NCBI RefSeq assembly: GCF_988242995.1
Contig: NZ_OZ547043.1
Strand: one strand, 5' to 3'
DNA length: 64,000 nucleotides
Shown: positions 11,712 through 24,258 of the stretch, piece after piece
Numbering within the stretch: position 1 is the first letter of the stretch
Layout of the letters: each line of letters begins with the position of its first letter
Notes under the pieces: model-generated
Told to the model about the DNA's origin: nothing
Databases searched by the model: none
What the model saw: the letters and a program-made list of their open reading frames with translations, nothing else
Made by a program: the position numbers and the translations under genes

Positions 11712-11933
11712 CTTCAGCCGCATGCAGAAAAGGGATAGCTCAGGCTGTCCCTTTTTTAATTTATTATACCAATCTTCTATTTTGCGCTTCCTGAACACCT
11801 TACGCCCGCAATATTCACTCGTTGATTGATCGCCCTCACACTTCATCGCATTAACAATCCAGACCAATTTCAATTGCTGTCATATAACTTTACACTGTCA
11901 TTGTTAATTAATCGTTACTAAGACGTGACTCCT

Positions 11934-13400
11934 ATGAATACAATCGCCTCCGTTACGCTCCCGCATCATGTACACGCTCCACGCTACGATCGCCAGCAGT
12001 TGCAATCACGTATCGTTCATTTTGGCTTTGGTGCCTTTCACCGCGCACATCAGGCATTACTGACCGATCGTGTGCTGAATGCCCAGGGCGGCGACTGGGG
12101 GATCTGTGAAATCAGCTTGTTCAGCGGCGATCAACTGATGAGCCAGCTCCGCGCACAGAACCATTTATATACCGTGCTGGAGAAAGGGGCGGACGGCAAT
12201 CAGGCGATAATTGTCGGTGCCGTTCACGAATGCCTGAATGCAAAACTGGATTCCTTAGCGGCAATTATTGAGAAATTTTGCGAGCCACAGGTGGCAATTG
12301 TTTCCCTGACGATTACCGAAAAAGGCTATTGTATTGACCCAGCCACCGGTGCACTCGACACCAGCAATCCGCGGATTATTCACGATCTACAAAACCCTGA
12401 AGAACCTCACTCCGCACCGGGTATTCTCGTCGAAGCACTGAAACGCCGCCGTGAGCGCGGCCTTACACCGTTTACCGTGCTCTCCTGCGACAATATTCCC
12501 GACAATGGCCATGTGGTGAAAAACGCGGTGCTGGGAATGGCAGAAAAACGTTCGCCAGAACTCGCCGGGTGGATAAAAGAACACGTCAGTTTTCCGGGAA
12601 CCATGGTCGACCGTATTGTTCCGGCAGCAACCGACGAATCACTGGCGGAAATCAGCCAGCATCTGGGGGTGAATGATCCCTGCGCGATTAGCTGCGAACC
12701 GTTTATCCAGTGGGTGGTGGAAGATAACTTCGTCGCTGGGCGTCCTGCCTGGGAAGTCGCAGGTGTACAAATGGTGAATGATGTCCTGCCATGGGAAGAG
12801 ATGAAACTGCGGATGCTTAATGGCAGCCACTCTTTTCTCGCTTATCTGGGTTACCTCTCAGGATTCGCGCACATCAGTGATTGCATGCAGGATCGCGCAT
12901 TTCGCCATGCCGCCAGAGCATTAATGCTGGATGAACAAGCGCCGACACTGCGAATTAAAGATGTCGATTTAACACAATATGCGGATAAGTTAATTGCACG
13001 TTTTGCTAACCCGGCGCTGAAACATAAGACCTGGCAAATCGCAATGGATGGTAGCCAGAAATTACCGCAACGCATGCTGGCAGGTATTCGCATACATCTG
13101 GGGCGCGAAACGGACTGGTCGATGCTGGCATTAGGCGTTGCAGGCTGGATGCGTTACGTCAGCGGCGTTGATGATGCCGGAAATGCCATTGATGTTCGCG
13201 ATCCGCTTAGCGATAAAATTCGCGAACTTGTTGCGGGCAGCAGCAGTGAACAACGCGTCACCGCCCTGCTTTCTCTGCGTGAAGTTTTCGGTGATGATCT
13301 GCCAGATAACCCGCATTTTGTGCAGGCCATCGAACAAGCCTGGCAACAAATCGTACAATTCGGCGCACATCAGGCGCTATTAAACACCCTCAAAATTTAA
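11934..13400 (+). CDS. yeiQ: Mannitol dehydrogenase-family oxidoreductase YeiQ
   Basis: 491-aa ORF; start chosen at MNTIAS to match the recalled 488-aa length; synteny. Confidence 0.8.
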   Translation: MNTIASVTLPHHVHAPRYDRQQLQSRIVHFGFGAFHRAHQALLTDRVLNAQGGDWGICEISLFSGDQLMSQLRAQNHLYTVLEKGADGNQAIIVGAVHECLNAKLDSLAAIIEKFCEPQVAIVSLTITEKGYCIDPATGALDTSNPRIIHDLQNPEEPHSAPGILVEALKRRRERGLTPFTVLSCDNIPDNGHVVKNAVLGMAEKRSPELAGWIKEHVSFPGTMVDRIVPAATDESLAEISQHLGVNDPCAISCEPFIQWVVEDNFVAGRPAWEVAGVQMVNDVLPWEEMKLRMLNGSHSFLAYLGYLSGFAHISDCMQDRAFRHAARALMLDEQAPTLRIKDVDLTQYADKLIARFANPALKHKTWQIAMDGSQKLPQRMLAGIRIHLGRETDWSMLALGVAGWMRYVSGVDDAGNAIDVRDPLSDKIRELVAGSSSEQRVTALLSLREVFGDDLPDNPHFVQAIEQAWQQIVQFGAHQALLNTLKI

Positions 13401-13517
13401 CGATTTCTGCGGTTAAAGCGGATGAAGCTCGCCTTCGTCCGCTCTCCCCTTCTCTTTTCTGCCTTTTTTAGCCAGGATTAACGCTCAGTTAACTTACCAG
13501 AGTATTGCGGAGCCGTT

Positions 13518-14504
13518 GTGACCAGGACCAACCTCATCACCGGTTTTCTCGGCAGCGGGAAAACCACGTCGATTCTTCATCTGTTAGCCCATAAAGATCC
13601 CAACGAAAAATGGGCGGTACTGGTTAATGAATTTGGGGAAGTCGGAATTGATGGTGCTTTGCTCGCCGATAGCGGCGCATTGCTGAAAGAGATCCCCGGC
13701 GGCTGCATGTGCTGCGTTAATGGTTTACCCATGCAGGTAGGGTTGAATACCTTACTGCGTCAGGGAAAACCAGACCGCTTGTTGATAGAACCGACCGGGC
13801 TGGGTCATCCGAAACAGATCCTCGATCTCTTAACCGCGCCAGTCTATGAACCGTGGATAGATCTGCGCGCCACCTTGTGCATTCTCGATCCACGCCTGCT
13901 GCTGGACGAAAAAAGCGCCAGCAATGAAAACTTCCGTGACCAGCTGGCTGCCGCAGACATTATTGTCGCCAATAAATCCGACCGTGCGACGCCCGAAAGT
14001 GAGCAAGCGCTACAGCGCTGGTGGCAGCAAAATGGTGGCGATCGACAATTAATTCACAGTGAGCATGGGAAAGTTGACGGTCATCTTCTGGATTTGCCGC
14101 GTCGCAATTTAGCCGAGTTGCCCGCCAGCGCCGCGCATTCTCATCAGCATGGCGTGAAAAAAGGGTTAGCAGCGTTAAGCCTGCCAGAGCATCAACGCTG
14201 GCGTCGCAGTCTGAACAGCGGGCAAGGATATCAGGCCTGCGGCTGGATATTCGACGCTGATACGGTATTCGACACCATTGGCATTCTGGAATGGGCGCGA
14301 CTTGCACCGGTAGAACGCGTCAAAGGCGTGCTGCGTATTCCCGAAGGGCTGGTGCGAATCAACCGTCAGGGCGATGACCTGCACATTGAAACGCAAAACG
14401 TTGCGCCACCGGACAGTCGTATTGAGCTGATTTCCAGCAGCGAAGCTGACTGGAATGCCTTGCAGAGCGCGCTGTTGAAGCTTCGTTTAGCGACTACCGC
14501 GTAA
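13518..14504 (+). CDS. yeiR: CobW/HypB-family zinc-binding GTPase YeiR
   Basis: 328-aa ORF with GFLGSGKTT P-loop and CxCC motif. Confidence 0.85.
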   Translation: MTRTNLITGFLGSGKTTSILHLLAHKDPNEKWAVLVNEFGEVGIDGALLADSGALLKEIPGGCMCCVNGLPMQVGLNTLLRQGKPDRLLIEPTGLGHPKQILDLLTAPVYEPWIDLRATLCILDPRLLLDEKSASNENFRDQLAAADIIVANKSDRATPESEQALQRWWQQNGGDRQLIHSEHGKVDGHLLDLPRRNLAELPASAAHSHQHGVKKGLAALSLPEHQRWRRSLNSGQGYQACGWIFDADTVFDTIGILEWARLAPVERVKGVLRIPEGLVRINRQGDDLHIETQNVAPPDSRIELISSSEADWNALQSALLKLRLATTA

Positions 14505-14542
14505 GGTTGCCTGCGTTTTTCAGTAAGATAATTAGAGAAAAT

Positions 14543-15256
14543 ATGATTAAAAATTTGCCGCAAATAGTGTTGTTGAATATTGTCGGCCTCGCGCTGTTTC
14601 TTTCCTGGTATATTCCCGTTAATCATGGATTCTGGTTGCCGATTGATGCGGATATTTTTTATTTCTTTAATCAGAAACTGGTCGAAAGTAAGGCCTTTTT
14701 GTGGCTGGTTGCATTGACCAACAATCGCGCTTTCGACGGTTGTTCTCTGCTGGCGATGGGAATGTTGATGCTGAGTTTCTGGCTGAAAGAAAACGCCCCT
14801 GGCAGACGACGTATCGTGATTATTGGTCTGGTCATGCTATTAACTGCAGTGGTATTAAACCAGCTGGGTCAGGCATTAATTCCTGTAAAACGGGCCAGCC
14901 CAACATTGACTTTTACCGATATTAACCGCGTCAGCGAACTGCTCTCTGTCCCCACGAAAGATGCCTCACGAGATAGCTTTCCCGGCGATCACGGCATGAT
15001 GCTGCTTATTTTTTCGGCATTCATGTGGCGTTATTTCGGCAAAGTTGCAGGCCTTATCGCCCTTATTATTTTTGTGGTTTTTGCATTTCCCAGAGTAATG
15101 ATTGGCGCACACTGGTTTACTGACATCATTGTCGGTTCGATGACCGTGATATTGATCGGTTTGCCCTGGGTGTTGCTGACGCCATTAAGTGATCGATTAA
15201 TCACCTTTTTTGACAAATCACTACCGGGAAAAAACAAACATTTCCAAAACAAATAA
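14543..15256 (+). CDS. lpxT: Lipid A 1-diphosphate synthase (undecaprenyl-PP phosphotransferase)
   Basis: Internal Met MIKNLPQIV gives the recalled 237-aa membrane protein; synteny yeiU. Confidence 0.8.
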   Translation: MIKNLPQIVLLNIVGLALFLSWYIPVNHGFWLPIDADIFYFFNQKLVESKAFLWLVALTNNRAFDGCSLLAMGMLMLSFWLKENAPGRRRIVIIGLVMLLTAVVLNQLGQALIPVKRASPTLTFTDINRVSELLSVPTKDASRDSFPGDHGMMLLIFSAFMWRYFGKVAGLIALIIFVVFAFPRVMIGAHWFTDIIVGSMTVILIGLPWVLLTPLSDRLITFFDKSLPGKNKHFQNK

Positions 15257-15667
15257 CTCACAGTAATTAACATCATCAGGGTTATTTTTATAGTGAGGAT
15301 AATCCTGATGATGCGCACCGTGCTTTCATCCATCGCGCGCAAAAATCATTCTCTAAGTAAATGAATGGATTGCATGCGTTTCACTCAATCGTACTTTAAT
15401 TGACCAATCCCGTTTATTAACTTTCTGTATCACTTTTTCTTATAAAAAATCATGTAAAACCGCTCGCCAAGACCGCACCAATCGGGTAATCTCGAACTCG
15501 TTTTGCCTCGGCGGTAGATTATCCTCACAGCATATAATTTTGTGCGTTAGTCCACAGATTTGGCCTTAAGGAATTGTTTCAACATGCCCAGGTAATTAGT
15601 CTCGTGTCGCTTGGCATTTTTTTATAACGATATTTGTCGTTAAGGACTTCAAGGGAAAACAAACAAC

Positions 15668-16234
15668 ATGGTCAAATCTCAACCGATTTTGAGATATATC
15701 TTGCGCGGGATCCCCGCGATTGCAGTAGCGGTTCTGCTTTCTGCATGTAGTGCAAATAACACCGCAAAGAATATGCATCCTGAGACACGTGCAGTGGGTA
15801 GTGAAACATCATCACTGCAAGCTTCTCAGGATGAATTTGAAAACCTGGTTCGTAATGTCGACGTAAAATCGCGAATTATGGATCAGTATGCTGACTGGAA
15901 AGGCGTACGCTATCGTCTGGGCGGCAGCACTAAAAAAGGTATCGATTGTTCTGGTTTCGTACAGCGTACATTCCGTGAGCAATTTGGCTTAGAACTTCCG
16001 CGTTCGACTTACGAACAGCAGGAAATGGGTAAATCTGTTTCCCGCAGTAATTTGCGTACGGGTGATTTAGTTCTGTTCCGTGCCGGTTCAACGGGACGCC
16101 ATGTCGGTATTTATATCGGCAACAATCAGTTTGTCCATGCTTCCACCAGCAGTGGTGTTATTATTTCCAGCATGAATGAACCGTACTGGAAGAAGCGTTA
16201 CAACGAAGCACGCCGGGTTCTCAGCCGCAGCTAA
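15668..16234 (+). CDS. mepS: Murein DD-endopeptidase MepS (NlpC/P60 lipoprotein)
   Basis: 188-aa ORF with lipobox LSAC and NlpC/P60 domain. Confidence 0.9.
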
Positions 16235-16280
16235 TAAACCGTTTGGATGCAATCCCTTGGCTATCCTGACGAGTTAACTG

Positions 16281-16308
16281 AAAGCACTGCTTAGGCAGTG
16301 CTTTTTTG
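16281..16308 (+). terminator. Rho-independent terminator after mepS
   Basis: Hairpin agcactgc-ttag-gcagtgct followed by a T-run. Confidence 0.75.
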
Positions 16309-16414
16309 TTTTCATTCATCAGAGAAAATGATGTTTCCGCGTCTTGATCTAGGCTATAGTCCGGTCATTGTTATCTTTTAAATGTTGTCGTAATTTCAGG
16401 AAATTAACGGAATC

Positions 16415-17971
16415 ATGTTCATACGCGCTCCCAATTCTGGACGTAAGCTCCTGCTTACCTGCATTGTTGCAGGCGTGATGATTGCGATACTGGTGAGCTG
16501 CCTTCAGTTTTTAGTGGCCTGGCATAAGCACGAAGTCAAATACGACACACTGATTACCGACGTACAAAAGTATCTCGATACCTATTTTGCCGACCTGAAA
16601 TCCACTACTGACCGGCTCCAGCCGCTGACCTTAGATACCTGCCAGCAGGCTAACCCCGAACTGACTGCCCGCGCGGCGTTTAGCATGAATGTCCGTACGT
16701 TTGTGCTGGTAAAAGATAAAAAAACATTCTGTTCATCTGCGACTGGTGAGATGGACATTCCACTCAATGAATTGATTCCGGCGCTCGACATTAATAAAAA
16801 CGTCGATATGGCGATCTTACCCGGCACGCCGATGGTGCCGAACAAACCCGCAATCGTCATTTGGTATCGCAACCCGTTGTTGAAAAATAGCGGCGTCTTT
16901 GCCGCGCTGAATCTCAACCTGACGCCTTCACTCTTTTATAGTTCACGGCAGGAAGATTACGATGGCGTCGCCCTCATTATTGGCAATACTGCGCTATCTA
17001 CCTTTTCTTCACGTTTGATGAACGTTAATGAATTAACCGACATGCCAGTCCGTGAAACTAAAATTGCGGGCATTCCTCTGACCGTTCGGCTTTATGCGGA
17101 TGACTGGACATGGAACGATGTGTGGTACGCATTTTTACTGGGCGGCATGAGTGGAACTGTCGTTGGCCTGCTTTGCTATTACCTGATGAGCGTACGTATG
17201 CGCCCCGGCAGAGAAATCATGACCGCCATCAAGCGCGAACAATTTTACGTGGCGTATCAACCGGTGGTGGATACACAAGCTTTGCGGGTAACGGGCCTGG
17301 AAGTACTGCTACGCTGGCGGCATCCTGTAGCGGGAGAAATTCCCCCGGATGCCTTCATTAACTTTGCCGAATCGCAAAAGATGATTGTGCCGCTGACTCA
17401 GCACCTGTTTGAGTTAATTGCCCGCGATGCCGCAGAATTAGAAAAAGTACTGCCGGTAGGCGTCAAATTTGGCATTAACATTGCGCCGGACCATCTGCAC
17501 AGCGAAAGCTTTAAAGCTGATATCCAGAAACTGCTCACTTCCCTGCCCGCTCACCATTTCCAGATTGTGCTGGAAATTACCGAGCGCGATATGCTGAAAG
17601 AGCAAGAAGCCACACAACTCTTCGCCTGGCTGCACTCGGTCGGCGTAGAAATTGCTATTGATGACTTCGGTACCGGGCACAGCGCGCTTATCTACCTTGA
17701 GCGTTTTACGCTCGATTATCTGAAAATTGACCGTGGATTTATCAACGCCATCGGTACGGAAACGATCACTTCACCCGTACTTGACGCGGTGCTGACGCTG
17801 GCGAAACGCCTCAATATGCTGACGGTTGCTGAAGGGGTCGAAACGCCGGAACAGGCGCGATGGCTAAGCGAACGCGGCGTTAATTTCATGCAAGGCTACT
17901 GGATTAGTCGCCCGTTACCGCTGGACGATTTTGTCCGCTGGCTGAAGAAACCGTATACGCCGCAGTGGTAA
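16415..17971 (+). CDS. pdeN: c-di-GMP phosphodiesterase PdeN (Rtn), CSS-motif plus EAL domain
   Basis: 518-aa ORF; EAL-domain motifs; synteny. Confidence 0.85.
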   Translation: MFIRAPNSGRKLLLTCIVAGVMIAILVSCLQFLVAWHKHEVKYDTLITDVQKYLDTYFADLKSTTDRLQPLTLDTCQQANPELTARAAFSMNVRTFVLVKDKKTFCSSATGEMDIPLNELIPALDINKNVDMAILPGTPMVPNKPAIVIWYRNPLLKNSGVFAALNLNLTPSLFYSSRQEDYDGVALIIGNTALSTFSSRLMNVNELTDMPVRETKIAGIPLTVRLYADDWTWNDVWYAFLLGGMSGTVVGLLCYYLMSVRMRPGREIMTAIKREQFYVAYQPVVDTQALRVTGLEVLLRWRHPVAGEIPPDAFINFAESQKMIVPLTQHLFELIARDAAELEKVLPVGVKFGINIAPDHLHSESFKADIQKLLTSLPAHHFQIVLEITERDMLKEQEATQLFAWLHSVGVEIAIDDFGTGHSALIYLERFTLDYLKIDRGFINAIGTETITSPVLDAVLTLAKRLNMLTVAEGVETPEQARWLSERGVNFMQGYWISRPLPLDDFVRWLKKPYTPQW

Positions 17972-18046
17972 GGTGTGCTTACGTCCCTTATTATTCATAG
18001 TGAAAGCATGCCGGATTGCGGCTAATGATGAGTAAAAGGAAATCCG

Positions 18047-19867
18047 TTGCAGATGATTGTGCGCATACTGCTGCTGTTTATCGCTCTGTTCACCTTCGGT
18101 GCGCAGGCGCAGGCTATCAAGGAAAGCTATGCCTTTGCCGTGCTGGGCGAACCCCGGTACGCGTTTAATTTCAACCATTTTGATTATGTGAACCCCGCGG
18201 CGCCAAAAGGTGGGCAGATAACGTTGTCAGCCCTCGGCACCTTCGATAATTTCAACCGCTATGCACTGCGCGGCAACCCGGGCGCACGCACCGAGCAGCT
18301 GTACGACACGCTATTTACGACTTCCGATGACGAACCAGGCAGTTATTACCCGCTGATTGCTGAAAGCGCACGCTATGCTGACGATTATTCCTGGGTGGAG
18401 GTCGCTATTAATCCGCGCGCCCGTTTTCATGATGGTTCTCCCATTACTGCCCGCGATGTAGAGTTTACTTTTCAAAAATTTATGACCGAAGGCGTGCCGC
18501 AATTTCGTCTGGTCTACAAAGGCACCACCGTCAAAGCCATTGCGCCGTTAACCGTGCGCATTGAGTTAGCTAAACCCGGCAAAGAAGATATGCTGAGTCT
18601 GTTTTCGCTGCCGGTATTTCCAGAAAAGTACTGGAAGAATCACAAACTTAGCGACCCGCTCGCCACGCCTCCGCTTGCCAGTGGTCCGTACCGAATTACG
18701 TCCTGGAAAATGGGGCAAAATATTGTCTATTCCCGCGTGAAAGATTACTGGGCAGCAAACTTACCGGTAAACCGTGGACGCTGGAATTTCGACACCATTC
18801 GCTACGATTATTACCTCGATGATAATGTCGCCTTTGAAGCGTTTAAAGCCGGTGCCTTTGATTTGCGTATGGAAAACGACGCCAAAAACTGGGCCACGCG
18901 CTATACCGGTAAAAATTTCGATAAAAAATACATCATCAAAGATGAGCAAAAGAACGAATCAGCCCAGGATACGCGCTGGCTGGCGTTTAATATCCAACGT
19001 CCGGTATTCAGCGATCGCCGGGTGCGGGAAGCAATCACTCTCGCCTTTGACTTTGAATGGATGAACAAAGCGTTGTTTTACAATGCCTGGAGTCGCACGA
19101 ACAGTTATTTTCAGAATACCGAATACGCGGCCAGAAATTACCCCGACGCCGCGGAGCTGGTGCTTCTGGCACCAATGAAAAAAGATCTACCGCCAGAAGT
19201 CTTCACGCAAATCTACCAGCCGCCGGTATCCAAAGGCGATGGCTACGATCGTGACAACCTGTTAAAAGCCGACAAACTTCTCAACGAAGCGGGCTGGGTG
19301 CTGAAGGGTCAGCAACGCGTAAATGCCACAACGGGTCAGCCGCTCAGCTTTGAGTTATTGCTACCTTCGAGCAGCAATAGTCAGTGGGTATTGCCGTTCC
19401 AGCACAGCCTGCAACGGCTGGGTATCAACATGGACATTCGCAAAGTGGATAACTCGCAAATCACCAACCGCATGCGCAGTCGCGACTATGACATGATGCC
19501 GCGCCTATGGCGGGCGATGCCGTGGCCCAGTTCCGATTTACAGATTTCCTGGTCATCGGAATATATCAATTCCACTTATAATGCCCCCGGCGTGCAAAGT
19601 CCGGTTATCGACTCGCTGATCAACCAAATTATTGCCGCGCAGGGAAATAAAGAAAAATTACTGCCGTTGGGGCGAGCACTGGATCGCGTATTAACGTGGA
19701 ATTATTACATGCTGCCAATGTGGTACATGGCGGAAGACCGTCTCGCCTGGTGGGATAAATTCTCCCAACCCGCTGTACGCCCTGTTTACAGCCTGGGTAT
19801 CGATACCTGGTGGTATGACGTTAATAAAGCGGCCAAACTGCCGTCAGCCAGACAACAGGGAGAGTAG
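18047..19867 (+). CDS. yejA: ABC transporter periplasmic peptide-binding protein YejA
   Basis: 606-aa ORF with signal peptide; yejABEF synteny. Confidence 0.85.
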
Positions 19868-20962
19868 ATGGGCGCTTATCTGATTCGCCGTCTGTTGCTG
19901 GTGATCCCAACGTTATGGGCGATTATCACTATCAACTTTTTCATCGTGCAAATTGCGCCTGGCGGTCCGGTCGACCAGGCCATCGCCGCCATTGAGTTTG
20001 GTAATGCCGGAGTATTACCCGGCGCAGGCGGTGAAGGTGTTCGCGCCAGCCATGCGCAAACGGGCGTCGGCAATATCAGCGACAGTAATTACCGTGGCGG
20101 ACGCGGATTAGATCCAGAAGTGATCGCCGAGATCACTCATCGCTACGGTTTCGATAAGCCGATCCACGAACGTTACTTCAAAATGCTCTGGGACTACATC
20201 CGCTTTGATTTTGGCGATAGCCTGTTTCGCAGCGCCTCGGTGCTGACGCTGATTAAAGACAGTCTGCCGGTTTCCATCACCCTCGGATTGTGGAGCACGC
20301 TGATTATCTATCTGGTGTCGATTCCGTTAGGCATTCGCAAAGCTGTTTATAATGGGAGCCGCTTTGACGTCTGGAGTAGCGCATTTATCATCATCGGCTA
20401 CGCCATTCCGGCCTTTTTGTTTGCCATCCTGCTGATTGTCTTCTTCGCGGGCGGCAGCTATTTCGACCTGTTCCCTCTACGCGGCCTGGTTTCCGCTAAC
20501 TTTGATTCGCTGCCGTGGTATCAGAAAATCACCGATTATCTGTGGCATATCACGCTGCCGGTGCTGGCGACAGTGATTGGCGGCTTTGCGGCGCTGACCA
20601 TGCTGACAAAAAACTCATTCCTTGATGAAGTGCGCAAGCAATACGTGGTGACCGCCCGTGCGAAAGGGGTAAGTGAAAAAAATATTCTCTGGAAACATGT
20701 GTTCCGCAACGCCATGCTGCTGGTGATTGCCGGTTTTCCGGCGACGTTTATCAGCATGTTTTTTACCGGCTCGCTGCTGATTGAAGTAATGTTTTCGCTC
20801 AATGGTCTTGGCTTACTGGGCTACGAAGCGACCGTCTCGCGCGATTATCCTGTAATGTTTGGTACTTTGTATATTTTCACCCTGATTGGCCTGCTGCTGA
20901 ATATTGTCAGTGATATCAGCTATACGCTGGTCGATCCGCGTATAGATTTTGAGGGACGTTAA
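19868..20962 (+). CDS. yejB: ABC transporter permease YejB
   Basis: 364-aa ORF; synteny. Confidence 0.85.
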
Positions 20963-21987
20963 TGTCGCGACTCAGCCCCGTCAATCAGGCCCGTTGGGCG
21001 CGTTTTCGTCATAACCGTCGCGGCTACTGGTCGTTATGGATTTTCCTCGTCTTGTTTGGTTTGAGTTTGTGTTCTGAACTTATCGCCAACGATAAACCGT
21101 TGCTGGTGCGTTATGACGGCAGTTGGTATTTCCCGTTGTTGAAAAACTACAGCGAAAGCGATTTTGGCGGTCCGCTGGCAAGTCAGGCTGATTATCAGGA
21201 CCCGTGGCTGAAACAACGGCTGGAAAATAACGGCTGGGTACTGTGGGCACCGATTCGCTTTGGCGCTACCAGTATCAACTTTTCTACCGACAAGCCCTTC
21301 CCCTCCCCACCCTCCCGGCAAAACTGGCTGGGAACGGATGCCAATGGCGGCGATGTGCTGGCACGTATTCTCTATGGCACGCGGATCTCAGTTCTGTTTG
21401 GCCTGATGCTGACCCTCTGCTCCAGCGTGATGGGCGTGCTGGCGGGGGCGCTACAAGGCTATTACGGCGGTAAAGTCGATCTCTGGGGGCAACGTTTTAT
21501 TGAAGTATGGTCGGGGATGCCGACGCTGTTTTTGATTATTTTACTTTCCAGCGTCGTACAGCCTAACTTCTGGTGGCTGCTGGCAATTACCGTCTTGTTT
21601 GGCTGGATGAGTCTGGTCGGCGTGGTGCGGGCGGAGTTTTTACGTACCCGTAATTTCGACTACATCCGCGCGGCGCAGGCGCTTGGCGTCAGCGATCGCA
21701 GTATCATCCTGCGTCATATGTTGCCAAATGCCATGGTCGCTACCCTCACCTTTTTACCGTTTATTTTATGTAGTTCGATAACCACCCTGACCTCACTCGA
21801 TTTCCTCGGCTTCGGTCTGCCGCTCGGTTCACCGTCACTCGGCGAACTGCTGTTACAAGGGAAAAATAACCTTCAGGCCCCGTGGCTTGGGATCACCGCC
21901 TTCTTGTCGGTGGCGATATTGTTGTCTTTGCTGATCTTTATTGGTGAAGCCGTCCGCGACGCATTTGATCCTAATAAGGCGGTGTAG
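20962..21987 (+). CDS. yejE: ABC transporter permease YejE
   Basis: 341-aa ORF; synteny. Confidence 0.85.
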   Translation: MSRLSPVNQARWARFRHNRRGYWSLWIFLVLFGLSLCSELIANDKPLLVRYDGSWYFPLLKNYSESDFGGPLASQADYQDPWLKQRLENNGWVLWAPIRFGATSINFSTDKPFPSPPSRQNWLGTDANGGDVLARILYGTRISVLFGLMLTLCSSVMGVLAGALQGYYGGKVDLWGQRFIEVWSGMPTLFLIILLSSVVQPNFWWLLAITVLFGWMSLVGVVRAEFLRTRNFDYIRAAQALGVSDRSIILRHMLPNAMVATLTFLPFILCSSITTLTSLDFLGFGLPLGSPSLGELLLQGKNNLQAPWLGITAFLSVAILLSLLIFIGEAVRDAFDPNKAV

Positions 21988-21988
21988 C

Positions 21989-23578
21989 ATGACGCAAACT
22001 CTGTTAGCGATTGAAAATTTGTCGGTGGGTTTTCGCCATCAGCAAACCGTACGTACAGTAGTCAATGATGTTTCACTTCAGATTGAGGCTGGCGAAACGC
22101 TGGCGCTGGTGGGTGAGTCAGGTTCAGGCAAAAGCGTTACCGCGCTGTCAATTTTACGCCTGCTCCCTTCCCCGCCGGTTGAATATCTCTCCGGCGATAT
22201 TCGTTTTCATGGCGAATCGCTGCTTCATGCCAGCGATCAAACGTTGCGCGGTGTACGCGGTAATAAGATCGCCATGATTTTTCAGGAGCCGATGGTGTCA
22301 TTAAATCCATTGCATACCCTGGAAAAACAGCTTTATGAAGTGCTTTCACTCCACCGCGGGATGCGTCGGGAAGCGGCTCGTGGCGAAATTCTTAACTGCC
22401 TTGATCGCGTCGGTATCCGCCAGGCGGCAAAACGGCTGACAGATTATCCGCATCAGCTCTCCGGCGGCGAACGCCAGCGGGTGATGATTGCGATGGCGCT
22501 GTTAACGCGACCGGAATTATTAATTGCCGATGAACCAACCACCGCACTGGACGTCTCTGTCCAGGCGCAGATTTTACAGCTGTTGCGCGAACTGCAAGGC
22601 GAGCTGAATATGGGCATGCTGTTTATTACTCATAACCTCAGCATTGTCAGAAAACTGGCCCATCGCGTGGCGGTAATGCAAAACGGTCGCTGTGTCGAGC
22701 AAAATAACGCCGCTACGCTATTTGCCTCACCCACTCATCCTTACACACAAAAGTTACTCAACAGTGAACCGTCAGGCGACCCGGTGCCATTGCCAGAACC
22801 TGCCTCAACGTTGCTGAATGTTGAACAGCTTCAGGTTGCCTTCCCCATTCGCAAAGGGATTTTGAAGCGCATTGTGGATCATAATGTGGTGGTGAAAAAC
22901 ATCAGTTTTACGCTACGAGCGGGTGAAACACTGGGTTTAGTGGGCGAGTCCGGTTCCGGGAAAAGCACGACGGGACTGGCGCTGCTGCGACTGATTAATT
23001 CTCAGGGCAGCATCATCTTTGACGGTCAGCCACTGCAAAATTTAAATCGCCGCCAGCTGTTACCTATTCGTCATCGCATTCAGGTGGTATTTCAGGATCC
23101 AAACTCCTCGCTCAACCCACGACTCAACGTTTTGCAGATTATTGAGGAAGGCTTACGGGTTCACCAGCCGACGCTTTCTGCCGCACAACGCGAACAACAA
23201 GTGATAGCCGTGATGCATGAAGTGGGATTAGATCCTGAAACACGCCACCGTTATCCGGCGGAGTTCTCTGGTGGTCAGCGGCAACGTATTGCGATTGCCA
23301 GGGCGTTAATTCTTAAGCCCTCGCTGATCATTCTTGATGAACCAACATCATCGCTCGACAAAACGGTACAGGCGCAAATATTGACGCTATTGAAATCATT
23401 GCAACAGAAGCATCAATTGGCCTATTTGTTTATCAGTCACGATTTGCACGTTGTCCGCGCGTTATGTCATCAGGTTATCGTACTGCGACAAGGGGAAGTA
23501 GTGGAACAAGGACCGTGCGCGCGCGTGTTTGCCGCACCGCAGCAGGAGTATACGCGTCAGCTACTGGCGTTGAGCTGA
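21989..23578 (+). CDS. yejF: ABC transporter ATPase YejF (two ATP-binding domains)
   Basis: Internal Met [11 protein letters not shown] gives the recalled 529-aa protein; two Walker A motifs GESGSGKS. Confidence 0.85.
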   Translation: MTQTLLAIENLSVGFRHQQTVRTVVNDVSLQIEAGETLALVGESGSGKSVTALSILRLLPSPPVEYLSGDIRFHGESLLHASDQTLRGVRGNKIAMIFQEPMVSLNPLHTLEKQLYEVLSLHRGMRREAARGEILNCLDRVGIRQAAKRLTDYPHQLSGGERQRVMIAMALLTRPELLIADEPTTALDVSVQAQILQLLRELQGELNMGMLFITHNLSIVRKLAHRVAVMQNGRCVEQNNAATLFASPTHPYTQKLLNSEPSGDPVPLPEPASTLLNVEQLQVAFPIRKGILKRIVDHNVVVKNISFTLRAGETLGLVGESGSGKSTTGLALLRLINSQGSIIFDGQPLQNLNRRQLLPIRHRIQVVFQDPNSSLNPRLNVLQIIEEGLRVHQPTLSAAQREQQVIAVMHEVGLDPETRHRYPAEFSGGQRQRIAIARALILKPSLIILDEPTSSLDKTVQAQILTLLKSLQQKHQLAYLFISHDLHVVRALCHQVIVLRQGEVVEQGPCARVFAAPQQEYTRQLLALS

Positions 23579-23581
23579 CGC

Positions 23582-23926
23582 TTAAAAAGGATTGTAGTTT
23601 GAAAAGGGTTCGGCAATTGCCACACCAAAATTTTTCAATCGGCATGTTGCTGCAAACTCGTCCTGGCGATTTACAAACAGGCACGGCTCACCTTCACACT
23701 CCAGCACCGAGCATGGAACTTCGATGTCGCTTAACGCCTGGCTTAGTTTGTACATCACCGACCATGCATTATCACCATCCGGGCTAAGCAATTTAAGCGC
23801 CACCAGGCTGTTGTCACCGCACGGTCCATTTTGCGGAATCGGTTCAACCTTCGAACCTGCGAAACCAGCAGACCAGCGATAGTTCTGCGGCAGTCGATGG
23901 ACGATTGAGAGTTGTAATGAAGTCAC
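23582..23926 (-). CDS. yejG: Uncharacterized protein YejG
   Basis: 114-aa ORF; synteny. Confidence 0.75.
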
Positions 23927-24258
23927 TTATTTTCCCCGGAAGCACATTTACTTCACAATTTGTTCACATCAATTTTAACACATCATCAACAATCCGTCTT
24001 TATACAGATCGTAAAGATTGATGCCTCGCCAGCGTGGCCTCTATGGCTCTGATTTAAATAATATCTGCGGGCGTGGTCACGTTTGCGGGGCTATATGTAC
24101 CCGTTTCTGCGATCTAACTCAACCTTTTTAACTACAATGATGTGACTTTTTACATAAATTGATTTTACATAAAATAAACATATATCGGGGGAATGATGGA
24201 TTTGTGGTTGACATGCATCAACAAAGGAAGCCTTTTAGCTTCCTCGTTGTGCAATAGA

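Noticed and set aside
24224-24250. Hairpin ggaagc-ctttta-gcttcc downstream of bcr as a terminator
   Set aside because: The stem is short and the flanking T-run on the bcr strand is weak; not confident enough to list as a feature
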